The translations under genes were made by a program, and so were the position numbers. Shown here piece after piece: positions 39,533-49,070 of a DNA stretch of 64,000 nt (positions are counted from its first letter, which is position 1; each line of letters opens with the position of its first letter). The DNA comes from an uncultured delta proteobacterium (GTDB taxonomy: Bacteria; Desulfobacterota; Binatia; UBA9968): NCBI GenBank assembly GCA_963728565.1, contig CAVSLC010000018.1, positions 64,001 to 128,000 on the forward strand, in the 5' to 3' direction. Under the pieces are notes generated by a model that ran no database searches, had not been told where the DNA came from, and worked only from the letters and a program-made list of their open reading frames with translations.

Positions 39533-42500
39533 ATGATCGTAAGTTCCAAACGTTCGACACAAGACTGGCTCCTTATGGTCGGTCTGTTTTGTTTCTTCTT
39601 TTCCGGCGCCGCCGGCCTCGTTTATCAGGTGGTATGGACCCGGATGCTGACGCAGATCTTCGGTAATACGACCTATGCTATCGCAACGGTTCTGTCTGCA
39701 TTCATGGCAGGATTGGCGATCGGCAGCTATCTGTTCGGCAAGATAGCCGATCGCGGCAAAAACGATTTCTTGCTATATGGTCTGCTCGAAGCAGGCGTGG
39801 GCATTTATGGATTCGCGGTCCCATGGCTGTTCGCTTTAGCGCAAAAAGCCTACGGTCCAATTTTCGGATTGAATGAATCGTATCCATTCCTGTTCAACCT
39901 AGTCCTTTTCTTTCTATCGTTTGTACTACTGGTTTTTCCCACCTTGTTAATGGGCGCAACTTTGCCGGTCCTGAGCCGATTTTATGTGCGCAGCTTTTCG
40001 CAGTTTGGTCGCCGGGTAGGCGACCTTTATGCGACTAACACAACCGGAGCGGTGATCGGTTGCGCGGCTGCCGGATTTTTTCTCATTCCAACTTTCGGCA
40101 TGCGTACCACGGTATATGTGGCGGCGGGATTGAATTTGATCATCGCCGCGCTGATTCTCATCATCGACCGCTTGCGGGACAAGAAGCCGATGGAATTCAA
40201 CACGGCTAGCGCAGACGAGATACCTGAGACACCGGCGACGGACAATTCGCCGCCGTGGCTCGGCTGGGTGGTCCTGGTTTCCTTTGGGTTGTCCGGTTTC
40301 GCCTCGCTCGTATATGAGAATGCCTGGACACGCGCGCTGACGTTGGTGATCGGCAGCTCGATCTACTCGTTCACCACTATGTTGGTGACATTTCTGATCG
40401 GCCTTGCCCTAGGAGGATTTATCTATGCCCGCTTCTTGGGCCAGCGGGAACCTCGCTTGAGTAGCTTCGGCCTGATCGAAATGTGGGTTGGATTAGCGGC
40501 GCTCGCCACGATACCGCTGTTTGAACGGCTGCCACTGATCTTTGTCAGATTGCTGCACGGCTTCGGTGATACGTTTACTGTTTTTCTCTACTTGCAAATA
40601 TTTCTATCGGCTCTCGTCATGTTCGTTCCCACGGTTCTTTTGGGCATGACGTTTCCGTTAGTCGCGCGCCTGTTTACTCAGAGTCTTTACCGGGTGGGCA
40701 GCGGCGTCGGTAGCTCGTACGCCGCCAACACCATAGGAGCGGTGTTAGGCGCCTTTGCAGGCGGATTTATTTTGATTCCGACCATCGGCGTGCAGAATGC
40801 GATCATTTTCGCAGTGGTGATGAATCTGCTGATCGGTTGCGCGCTAGTCGCGAGCGATCCCAAGCTCGCACCGCTGCCGCGAGCGATGCTGGGCGTCGCG
40901 GTTTTAATTTTGGCGGTTCTGGTGCCGTTCAAAGTGCAACGTTGGGATCCGCACATCCTGACCAGCGGCGTCACTATCTACCACGACCGCTATGAGAGCT
41001 TGCCTTCGGATTCGCTGCGTATCGAGGAGATGAAACGCGATGATATTTTGTTTTATCGAGAAGGGCTGACTACCACTGTCAGTGTCCATCAAATCTCCGG
41101 CAGCGACTATATCTATTTTAAATCGAACGGCAAAATCGACGGCTCGTACGGCGACGCTCTGAGCCAATTGATGACCAGCTACATCCCGATGTTGCTTCAT
41201 CCGAAAGCCGAGCAGGCGCTCACGATTGGGCTCGGCAGCGGTCACTCGGCCAAGGCGCTTGCAACTTTTGATACGGTGAAAGAGATCGAAGTCATCGAGA
41301 TCGAACCGGCCATGATCGAAGCAAGCAAATATTTCGATCGCACGTCCGTCGAGCTGGAAGAATTTCCGGAGGGGGTGTCGCTTCCGAACACGCCCGCCGG
41401 TCGGATCTGGTACGACGACCAAAAGAAGCGTCTTTTCTACAAAGGCGTTATGGAAGAGGACGAACGCTCAAAGCTCATGTCTCTCTCCGAGGACAGGGAA
41501 TATCGCGGCGCGGTCGATCGCCTCTATCGAAACGCGCGCCATTCGCGCCATTCCAGCGTGCTTGAAGATAAAAGGGTGAGGGTGATTCCGACCGACGGCC
41601 GCAACTATATCTTAGCCACCCCAAAATATTACGACATCATCACCGCGGAGCCTTCCAATCCGTGGATTGCCGGCATTGCCAACCTCTATACTCGGGAGTT
41701 TTATCAGGTCATCAAATCCAAGATTAAGGATGACGGGATTTTTGCGCAGTGGTTTCATAACTACTCGATGTCGCCGGACGACTTTCGCATGGTTTTCCGC
41801 ACCTTCGTCGAGGCGTTTCCGCATGTTTCCTTGTGGTCGATGAAGGAGAGCGATTTCCTTCTGATCGGCAGCAAGCAGGAGCATCCGTTCGATTACGCGG
41901 CAGTCAAGAAGATCTATGACAACAATCCGATGTTAAGATCGGATTTTGAATATCTCGGTTTGTCCGATGTTTATGCTGTGCAAGGATTCTATCGAATGAA
42001 TCGAGATGGGTTTCTGGCTTTCTCTAAGGATGCCGACATCAATACCGATGACGGAGCGCAACTGGAATTTTCCGCGCCAAAAAACTTGCGACGGCCGACC
42101 ACCGAGCTCAATCGCCAGCTAATGACGCCGCATCTCATAGAAGCGCCATGGCTCAAATCACGCCCACCGGCGGTTTCCGAGGCCATGCACCATTACTATA
42201 TGGCGGAATCGTATGTGGCGAGCATCTCGCGCAATCGGGCGCTGGCCGAGTTGGAACAAGCTATCAAGCTGGAGCCCAACAATCCGAAATTTTATTTGCT
42301 CCAGGCAAAGGTATTGTTGGATCAGGATAAGAGCACGGAAGGCGCCAAAGCCGCTTTTGCCGCTCTCGAACGCGACCAAGACGCGATCTCTCAAGTTCTG
42401 GCGATGAGCGACGAGTTCTATCTACCCGACGCCAAGGCAGTCTACAGCAGAATTATCCAGATGGGCACCAAAGAAGTTTTGCCTTATCTGGGTCTGGGTA

Positions 42501-42961
42501 ACATCGCCCTTCACTCGGGGGAAATTCCCGAAGCGGAGAAATGGTTCTCCCAGGCTCGGGAAATTGACGTCGAGCATCCGGCGGTGCTGCTAGCATGGGG
42601 GCGGTTGATCGCCGCCCAGGCGAAGGCTCAAACCGATGAAGCCCGCGCCAAAACCCAACTTCAAGAGGCTAGAGAATTTTTGGAGAAGTCCAAATCCAAG
42701 GGCGAAAACTCGGCCACGATTCATTCCGAACTCGGCGAGATCTATTTACGATTGCAAATGTGGGATAAGGCTGCCGCCTCTTACGAGGAAGCATTGCGGC
42801 TGCGCCGGAGAAGAAATGATTGGCGACGAATACTGGGTCAGGCTTATGCCCAGCTTGGCCGGACTGGGGAGGCGGAACGAAAATTCCGCGAAGTCTTGGC
42901 GTTCAGCCCCGACGACGTCGAAGCATGGAGAGGCCTCCAATCTATCGGTAAGAAGTATTAG
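39533..42961 (+). CDS. Fused multi-TM / spermidine synthase-like SAM domain / TPR protein
   Basis: Two FSGAAGLVYQVVW-type membrane repeats, IGLGSG, EIEPAM, DGRNY, YDIITAEPSNPW, NTDD, C-terminal TPRs. Confidence 0.88.
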   Translation: MIVSSKRSTQDWLLMVGLFCFFFSGAAGLVYQVVWTRMLTQIFGNTTYAIATVLSAFMAGLAIGSYLFGKIADRGKNDFLLYGLLEAGVGIYGFAVPWLFALAQKAYGPIFGLNESYPFLFNLVLFFLSFVLLVFPTLLMGATLPVLSRFYVRSFSQFGRRVGDLYATNTTGAVIGCAAAGFFLIPTFGMRTTVYVAAGLNLIIAALILIIDRLRDKKPMEFNTASADEIPETPATDNSPPWLGWVVLVSFGLSGFASLVYENAWTRALTLVIGSSIYSFTTMLVTFLIGLALGGFIYARFLGQREPRLSSFGLIEMWVGLAALATIPLFERLPLIFVRLLHGFGDTFTVFLYLQIFLSALVMFVPTVLLGMTFPLVARLFTQSLYRVGSGVGSSYAANTIGAVLGAFAGGFILIPTIGVQNAIIFAVVMNLLIGCALVASDPKLAPLPRAMLGVAVLILAVLVPFKVQRWDPHILTSGVTIYHDRYESLPSDSLRIEEMKRDDILFYREGLTTTVSVHQISGSDYIYFKSNGKIDGSYGDALSQLMTSYIPMLLHPKAEQALTIGLGSGHSAKALATFDTVKEIEVIEIEPAMIEASKYFDRTSVELEEFPEGVSLPNTPAGRIWYDDQKKRLFYKGVMEEDERSKLMSLSEDREYRGAVDRLYRNARHSRHSSVLEDKRVRVIPTDGRNYILATPKYYDIITAEPSNPWIAGIANLYTREFYQVIKSKIKDDGIFAQWFHNYSMSPDDFRMVFRTFVEAFPHVSLWSMKESDFLLIGSKQEHPFDYAAVKKIYDNNPMLRSDFEYLGLSDVYAVQGFYRMNRDGFLAFSKDADINTDDGAQLEFSAPKNLRRPTTELNRQLMTPHLIEAPWLKSRPPAVSEAMHHYYMAESYVASISRNRALAELEQAIKLEPNNPKFYLLQAKVLLDQDKSTEGAKAAFAALERDQDAISQVLAMSDEFYLPDAKAVYSRIIQMGTKEVLPYLGLGNIALHSGEIPEAEKWFSQAREIDVEHPAVLLAWGRLIAAQAKAQTDEARAKTQLQEAREFLEKSKSKGENSATIHSELGEIYLRLQMWDKAAASYEEALRLRRRRNDWRRILGQAYAQLGRTGEAERKFREVLAFSPDDVEAWRGLQSIGKKY

Positions 42962-43111
42962 ATTTGGCTTTGCTGTCTCATCTGGACAAAGACAAAGGCC
43001 CATTGGCTCAGTGCCATGGGCCTTTGTCTTTTGCGCTCCCGGACGACTTTGCAGTTCCTGCCAGTACGCTCTATTTTGGCAAATGACCGGAATCGGCTGA
43101 AGGAGAAACTC

Positions 43112-43924
43112 ATGGTAACTGGAAAGGTCGGCATTGTCGGGGCGGGGAAAATCGGTTCGGCAATTGCGCGAGGTATCATTCGGTCGGGTCTCTTAACTAA
43201 CGATCGCGTTATGGCCAGCGATGTCAGCGATGCTTTGCGGCGGGCCATCGGCAACGAGTTGGGAATCGCTGTAACGGCGGATAATCGACAGCTCTGTGAC
43301 TTTGCCGATGTCGTGATCTTGGCCGTCAAGCCGCAGATTCTCGACTCGGTCATAAAGCAAATGGCAAAAAGTTTTGGCCCAGAGAAGCTGCTGGTTTCCG
43401 TGGCAGCGGGCGTGCCGCTTTCCCGGATTGAAGCCGGCTTGGCGCCTGGCGCTCGCGTCGTCCGTGTGATGCCCAATATTTGCTGCGTGGTTGGCGCTGG
43501 TGCCGCGGCTTACGCGGGAGGGGCGCACGCTACGCCGAAGGACTTGGAAATCGTTGGTGCGATTGTCAACAGTTTCGGGATTGGCTTGCCCCTCGAGGAA
43601 AAGGATCTGGATGCGGTCACCGGGCTGAGCGGTAGCGGGCCGGCCTATGTTTTCCTTTTCATTGAGGCTCTGACGGATGGCGGCGTCAAAGTCGGTTTAT
43701 CGCGCGAGGTGGCGCTGAAGCTTGCGCTTCATACTGTCTATGGCGCTGCGCGCATGGCGCTCGATAGTGCCAAACACCTGAGCGAACTCAAAGACGAGGT
43801 GACTTCGCCGGGCGGCACTACCATCGCGGGCCTGTATGCGCTAGAGAAGAACTCTCTTAAGGGAATCGTGATGGAAGCGGTTGTCAGCGCGACTAAACGC
43901 TCGCAGGAACTGGGGAAAGGATAA
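43112..43924 (+). CDS. proC: Pyrroline-5-carboxylate reductase
   Basis: GAGKIG, LAVKPQ, RVMPN, GLSGSGPAY, VTSPGGTT; RBS AAGGAG. Confidence 0.96.
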   Translation: MVTGKVGIVGAGKIGSAIARGIIRSGLLTNDRVMASDVSDALRRAIGNELGIAVTADNRQLCDFADVVILAVKPQILDSVIKQMAKSFGPEKLLVSVAAGVPLSRIEAGLAPGARVVRVMPNICCVVGAGAAAYAGGAHATPKDLEIVGAIVNSFGIGLPLEEKDLDAVTGLSGSGPAYVFLFIEALTDGGVKVGLSREVALKLALHTVYGAARMALDSAKHLSELKDEVTSPGGTTIAGLYALEKNSLKGIVMEAVVSATKRSQELGKG

Positions 43925-43984
43925 AGAGGCCGAGATGAAAGCTGAAAGACGAATAATCCTATCAGTAGCAGCGTGGATTCGCGT

Positions 43985-44569
43985 TTACTTCCTTTTCCAA
44001 TTTCCTTGCGAGTCCTGGATCCACCAGCCCGTTTGAGCCTGATCTATCCAGCTCTTGGCAAAAATTCCCTTAATCTTGGGCACCGTATCGGGCGGCATAT
44101 TGTTGGCCTTTGCGATCTCCGCGTACAGCGCTTCGCGGTCGCGGTTCTCGGCTTCGATCAGCTGTTGCACTTCAGCACGCTCTTTGAGGTTTAATCCCTC
44201 ACTGCTGCGAACCACCAGCAGGCCGCCTTGATTGATGCCGGCACTGCCTTTGTCCATATAGGGTTTTATGGCTCCGCTGCGGCCCTTTATCGAATCCCTC
44301 AGTGCGCGGATTGCCGGGTTGGACACATTGATATCCGCTTCTTGGGCGAAAGCCTCGCGGGTCAGGCTGAGCGAGAGGGTTGGGTGCGGGGCAAATGGCA
44401 GCAGGCTCTGAGGCTGAACGCGTTCCGATTTCCCGTTCGAACCGCCCCACGTCTCTTTAACTATTTCATCTGCGGCGCGCTGGACCGCGGCGGCGGGAAA
44501 ATAAATGTTTACTGTAACGCAGGCACTCAGAATAAGTAATAAAACCACTGTAACTCGTCCCCGCATCAT
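43985..44569 (-). CDS. YdbL (DUF1318) family lipoprotein with YnbE-like N-terminus
   Basis: Lipobox LSAC then VTVNIYFP; ENRDREALYAEIAKAN; C-terminal GWWIQDSQGNW. Confidence 0.82.
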   Translation of the reverse strand: MMRGRVTVVLLLILSACVTVNIYFPAAAVQRAADEIVKETWGGSNGKSERVQPQSLLPFAPHPTLSLSLTREAFAQEADINVSNPAIRALRDSIKGRSGAIKPYMDKGSAGINQGGLLVVRSSEGLNLKERAEVQQLIEAENRDREALYAEIAKANNMPPDTVPKIKGIFAKSWIDQAQTGWWIQDSQGNWKRK

Positions 44570-44576
44570 TCCTCCA

Positions 44577-47546
44577 TTATTTTACTTGCGGCTTCTCCGT
44601 TGTAATCCGCTCTAGTCTTCGCAACAGCTCAGAGAAGCCGATCTCCTGCGTGTGACTGATGATATTAACCGTGGGCGGCAGCAGGGTTCCGACGACCAGA
44701 AATTCTTTGCTGTCGCGGCTTTCGACTCCTCGTAGTATCAATCTGTCGTTTCTCAGGCTCGCCCGGAAGCCCATTTTACTGTAACGGAAATTGTCGAATA
44801 ATCCGGCTAAACCGCCGTAAAGCACATTCGAATCCTGTCCGGAACTCAGGATAGTGATTTTGTTCAAAGCTTCGACGCTAATCCACTGACTACTTTCCGG
44901 CCGGTCGACGGTTTCAACCTGAGCTTGGAAGCGCGCCGGTTGCCCCTCCGTGATCACGAGATCGTTAACCGCTCCCTCTAAAATGCCCGAGATCTTGCCA
45001 AATGCAAAGGTTTCGGAAACTTTCTCCAGGCGAATGTTTTGAAAGCGCGCTGCCAATTTGAGCGATGGTACGGTGGAGAACAGATTCTCGATCTCCATTT
45101 GATCAATTTGCAGTTGCCCGCCGAACAGGTCCGCGTGTACCTGACCCTCGCTGCGCAGTGTGTCTCCGGTCGAACGAATCTGCGGGATGGCTCCGCTCAA
45201 TGTTCCGCTAAAGCGGGGCCATCCCAGAGCATCGGTCAATTCTTGGAGTTGTAAAAGCCTTAAGTCGAGAGCGAAAGACACCTCTTTCGGGTCGTTGACA
45301 ACATCAGGCCAGGCTAAATTAGTGATCTCCATGCTGCCGCCGAAAATAACCAGTCGAACCGGCTGGTGGAAAATCAAGGTATTATTCGATAGGGAAAGTG
45401 CGCTGGTTATCGGTTCGAGCGAGCGCGAGCCAAAACGGCCGCCGCGAATCGAAAGAATTCCGGGCGGAGTGCGGTTCACAGTGTTTGATTTTTCCGGATA
45501 ACTGATCTGAAACGGCAAGGTAAGAGCAAGCGGACCGATTTCCCATTCATCGGGTCCGCGGCGCAGTTCGCCGCCTTGCAAAGTCAAGCGGCCCTCGGTA
45601 ATCAGGCCTTCCCAATTGCCGCGCGCATGAAGCTGAAAAGCGATTTGTCCGCCAATACTTAACTTATCAAGAATTGGATATTGACGCTTAAAGTTTTCCT
45701 GAACGAAAAAAGTAAAGAAGCCGCCGGCACTTAAATTATCGCTGTGCGCTTGGATTTCGACCGATGGCGCCCGCCCCAGCTGATTGATCGTGCCGCTAAC
45801 CTCGATGTCGCCGGTGGACGCAAGAGTTAACCGGGCCTGACGTAAGCGTACGCTGTCGTCGTCGCGTAAATAATCCCCGTCGAATTCCAACACCGGTCGT
45901 TGTCCAGCCAGATCAGCGTAAAACTTCCCCCATAACATTTCACCGCGTTGTAACGACAGCTTGCCGGCGACTCGCATTAAATGGCGCTCGGTATGGGAGA
46001 CAACCTTGACGCTGCCCGACAACAGGAGATTCTCACCGAGCTTAGTGCCGTCAGCCGACGCAAAGCGGCCCCCGTTTAATTGAACTCGCGCATTTACGAC
46101 TAACGGCGCTTCCGGTGCGTAGGCAAGCGAACCATCGATGTGCACCTGCTCGGCGCCGGCTTGAGTACGGTCCTTTGCGTCTGATATCAGCGATTGGCCT
46201 TTGAGCGAGACGTCCTTTAGTTTGAGCGATGAAGCGGTCCAATCGATCGGGGCATGTAACGCGATATCGACGAAAGAAAAATTACCGCCATGGAGGTCCA
46301 TTTTGTTGCTACTGATTGCGCCGGTCACTTGCAGAGTTTTCCAAGGTCCGTTAACGGTTAATTCCGCAGCGGCCATTCCCCGGTAAGTCCACTGATTCAC
46401 AGGCCCCGGCAGGAATCTCTTAAGAACCTGCCATGGCACGTTATTGATCGACAGTTGCCCACGAGTGACAACCAAGTCGCTGTCGGTGCTAATACTACCT
46501 TGCACATGAGCCGCGCCGAGCGGGGTAGCGATTTTCAAAGCAGTCACTGAGAAGAGCTTAGCGTTGGCTGAATAGCTGCCCATGAGGGTTGCCACAGCTG
46601 CCCCCTCACGACCTTCGCTTACTTCAGTGACGACGCTAGCAAAATCGGCGATCTCAAAACGCGCCGCCACTGTCGCCTCAGTGAAACCCGGGTTGGGAAC
46701 CACGCGAGCATCAAGGCCGCCGGTCAGTGGTTTTGGTCCGATTTTTAGGTCTTTGAATTTGCCGATCAGCGCCAAGCTGGCTGTACCGTTCGGAGTCCTT
46801 GTAAGCTTTGCCTCCAGACGCAACGTCTCTTTGGCTACCTTGTCTGAACCGGCAAACGGAACCAGACGCTCAGATGACGTTTCGCGGAGGACCAGATCGA
46901 CTTTCGTGTCCTCGTTCTGCTGATTGACAAACAGCTCCGCTTTGGCATTTAGCCGTGGCACGTCAGCCTTCAAGCTAATGCCGCTCGTTTGCCCGAGATT
47001 TAGATCCCTGGCGCGCAAGTTGATCGAAGAGAATTCAACGCGCTTACCGTCCGCTGTATTTAGAACGACGGCGCCGTCACGAATCTCCAAGTGACGTATT
47101 CGCAGCGGTGAAGATGCTTGGGCTGGGGCTTTCAGTATCTCCTCTAAATCTAGATGAATCACCGGGCGTTCTATCGTCACTCGGTGAATCGTCTTGGACA
47201 GGAGATCCAGAGGATTGACGCTCATCGCCATGCTGGCAGCAGTAGTTATAACATGACCGGATTTTGCAATGGTCAGGGCGGCGCCGGTTATTTTAAATGG
47301 CAATCCGAACTTGATGTCGCCAAAAGTGATTTCATAACCGGCCCTAATCGAAAGCTCACGTTCCAACCACAGCTGAAATCGTGAAGAGTTAAAAATTACA
47401 GAGAGCGTTCCATAGGCCAGAATGATCAGAGTGACACCGACCAGGATTAACGTTACAAGATAACGCTTCAAAGCAGCCAGAACATACACGCTGGTCATTG
47501 CACGGGCAACAACGGGCGCGTTCGCCACAGTGCTGGAAGTATCCAA
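44577..47546 (-). CDS. YdbH/AsmA-like intermembrane lipid-bridge protein
   Basis: N-terminal TM, long beta-rich body, LFGG repeats, FRYSKMG; upstream of the YdbL-like gene; start uncertain. Confidence 0.75.
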   Translation of the reverse strand: MDTSSTVANAPVVARAMTSVYVLAALKRYLVTLILVGVTLIILAYGTLSVIFNSSRFQLWLERELSIRAGYEITFGDIKFGLPFKITGAALTIAKSGHVITTAASMAMSVNPLDLLSKTIHRVTIERPVIHLDLEEILKAPAQASSPLRIRHLEIRDGAVVLNTADGKRVEFSSINLRARDLNLGQTSGISLKADVPRLNAKAELFVNQQNEDTKVDLVLRETSSERLVPFAGSDKVAKETLRLEAKLTRTPNGTASLALIGKFKDLKIGPKPLTGGLDARVVPNPGFTEATVAARFEIADFASVVTEVSEGREGAAVATLMGSYSANAKLFSVTALKIATPLGAAHVQGSISTDSDLVVTRGQLSINNVPWQVLKRFLPGPVNQWTYRGMAAAELTVNGPWKTLQVTGAISSNKMDLHGGNFSFVDIALHAPIDWTASSLKLKDVSLKGQSLISDAKDRTQAGAEQVHIDGSLAYAPEAPLVVNARVQLNGGRFASADGTKLGENLLLSGSVKVVSHTERHLMRVAGKLSLQRGEMLWGKFYADLAGQRPVLEFDGDYLRDDDSVRLRQARLTLASTGDIEVSGTINQLGRAPSVEIQAHSDNLSAGGFFTFFVQENFKRQYPILDKLSIGGQIAFQLHARGNWEGLITEGRLTLQGGELRRGPDEWEIGPLALTLPFQISYPEKSNTVNRTPPGILSIRGGRFGSRSLEPITSALSLSNNTLIFHQPVRLVIFGGSMEITNLAWPDVVNDPKEVSFALDLRLLQLQELTDALGWPRFSGTLSGAIPQIRSTGDTLRSEGQVHADLFGGQLQIDQMEIENLFSTVPSLKLAARFQNIRLEKVSETFAFGKISGILEGAVNDLVITEGQPARFQAQVETVDRPESSQWISVEALNKITILSSGQDSNVLYGGLAGLFDNFRYSKMGFRASLRNDRLILRGVESRDSKEFLVVGTLLPPTVNIISHTQEIGFSELLRRLERITTEKPQVK

Positions 47547-47766
47547 ACTCTGTCGAGTAGATTATCAAGCGGGCGGACCGTGAGCAGTGACGGCAAGCAT
47601 TTGAGCAAATTACTAGGAATTTTCCGACTCCCGAATTAGTCAAAGAAAATCTTTTGACTACCTGTTGTAGTCGAGAGGCGATCCTTTCCTAGATCTAGTC
47701 TACTCCCGGTAGCTCTACGGTAGTAACCTTAAAGATTACATGGAGATTGTAAATGCTTAAATTTTC

Positions 47767-47795
47767 TTGACAAGCACAAATTCCTATATTACGGT
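47767..47795 (+). promoter_or_regulatory. Possible sigma-70 promoter of the OmpA gene
   Basis: TTGACA-17 nt-TACGGT. Confidence 0.4.
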
Positions 47796-47830
47796 AGCGC
47801 AAATTTTCACTACTTTCTGGGGAGGGAGAG

Positions 47831-48562
47831 ATGCAAAACAATAAGTATTTAGCCTTGACCGCGCTAGGCTTTTTCTTCGCTGGTTGCACGGGGATGACGC
47901 GTAATCAGGCCGCGATGGTCGGCGCATTAACGTGCGGCGCCGCGGGCGCTGGCGGTGGCGCCTATGCTGCACATCAAGGTATCAACGGTAAACACAAAAA
48001 TGAGGCAGCCGGCGCCGCAATCGGCGCAGTTACCGGCGCTTTGCTTTGCGGTGGTCTAGCTTATCTCATCGCTGAGGATCCGAAACCAGCGCCAAAACCG
48101 CCACCGCCTCCTCCGCCTCCGCCGCCGCCTCCACCTCCGCCGCCTCCGCCGCCTCCTCCACCTCCGCCGCCTCCACCGGCGCCAAAACCAACACCGCCGC
48201 CACCACCACCGGCGCCCAAGGTTGAGCGAACGATTATTCTCGATGACGTACTCTTTGACTTCGACAGGAGCAACGTCAAGCCGGAAGCGGCTAAGATTCT
48301 TGATCGTCTGGTAGCTTTTATGCAGGAGAACAAGAATTCCAAGGTGACATTGTCAGGCCATACCGATAACGTCGGTTCGGATGCTTACAATCAGAAGCTG
48401 TCAGAGCGCCGGGTTACGGCAGTCAGGGAATACGTCGTGAAGAAGGGTGTCGATGCCGGACGAATCTCTGGACAGGGTTTTGGCGAGAGCAAACCGATCG
48501 CTGACAACAAAACCCGGGAGGGCCGGTCCAAGAACCGCCGGGTTGAAATCAAAGTCAACTAG
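47831..48562 (+). CDS. OmpA-family lipoprotein with glycine zipper and polyproline linker
   Basis: Lipobox FAGC, Gly-zipper helices, Pro27 tract, VLFDFD, GHTD, YNQKLSERR, NRRVE. Confidence 0.93.
   Translation: MQNNKYLALTALGFFFAGCTGMTRNQAAMVGALTCGAAGAGGGAYAAHQGINGKHKNEAAGAAIGAVTGALLCGGLAYLIAEDPKPAPKPPPPPPPPPPPPPPPPPPPPPPPPPPPAPKPTPPPPPPAPKVERTIILDDVLFDFDRSNVKPEAAKILDRLVAFMQENKNSKVTLSGHTDNVGSDAYNQKLSERRVTAVREYVVKKGVDAGRISGQGFGESKPIADNKTREGRSKNRRVEIKVN
48098..48178 (+). repeat. (CCN)27 polyproline-coding tract
   Basis: 27 consecutive CCG/CCT/CCA codons. Confidence 0.9.
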
Positions 48563-48583
48563 AATCAACTCAGCTAGAAGGGA

Positions 48584-48961
48584 TTGTCAATGCGGATGCC
48601 AGGAAAGACGATCGTTTTTTTCCTCGCATCCGCATTGTTTTTCCCGGTTCTCGCTCCTGCTCAGAACTTCACGTTCAAGGAAATTGAAGCTCGAGTTCTG
48701 GAATATCGGAAGTGGTTGGACCAAGTCGGATCCAGTGGTTCGCGCTATTGGATCCGATTAGATAGCAGTAAGAGACCTCACAAGCTCTACGTGGGCGAAG
48801 GTTTTATGCAGGCAGGTCCCGACGAAAAGGAGAATTTTGTCGAGATCTTCTCGCGTTTTCTCGCCGGTCATCCTGAAAAAAATATGCTTATCGACATTTA
48901 CGATGCCACCAACGGTAAGCCCATTGGCGAGTATGGTTTCGGCGGTTTTAAGCTTTTCTAG
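48584..48961 (+). CDS. Hypothetical exported protein
   Basis: Signal peptide ending APA-Q; directly follows the OmpA gene; start uncertain. Confidence 0.65.
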   Translation: MSMRMPGKTIVFFLASALFFPVLAPAQNFTFKEIEARVLEYRKWLDQVGSSGSRYWIRLDSSKRPHKLYVGEGFMQAGPDEKENFVEIFSRFLAGHPEKNMLIDIYDATNGKPIGEYGFGGFKLF

Positions 48962-49070
48962 TCTCCACCCTCCATCGTTTAAGGCCAACCAGCAGTTTAC
49001 TGCTCCCCTTTCCTGCCCAACGCGGCATAGCGAGCTTTCATTCGCTTTGACATTTGCGTAGTACAGCGGC

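Noticed and set aside
41339-41552. Intein in the spermidine-synthase-like protein
   Set aside because: Too short and lacks splice-junction motifs
47656-47672. GACTAC-N5-GTAGTC dyad upstream of the OmpA gene
   Set aside because: Six-bp arms can arise by chance; no independent support
48061-48342. Poly-glycine ORF on the minus strand
   Set aside because: Antisense of the polyproline tract
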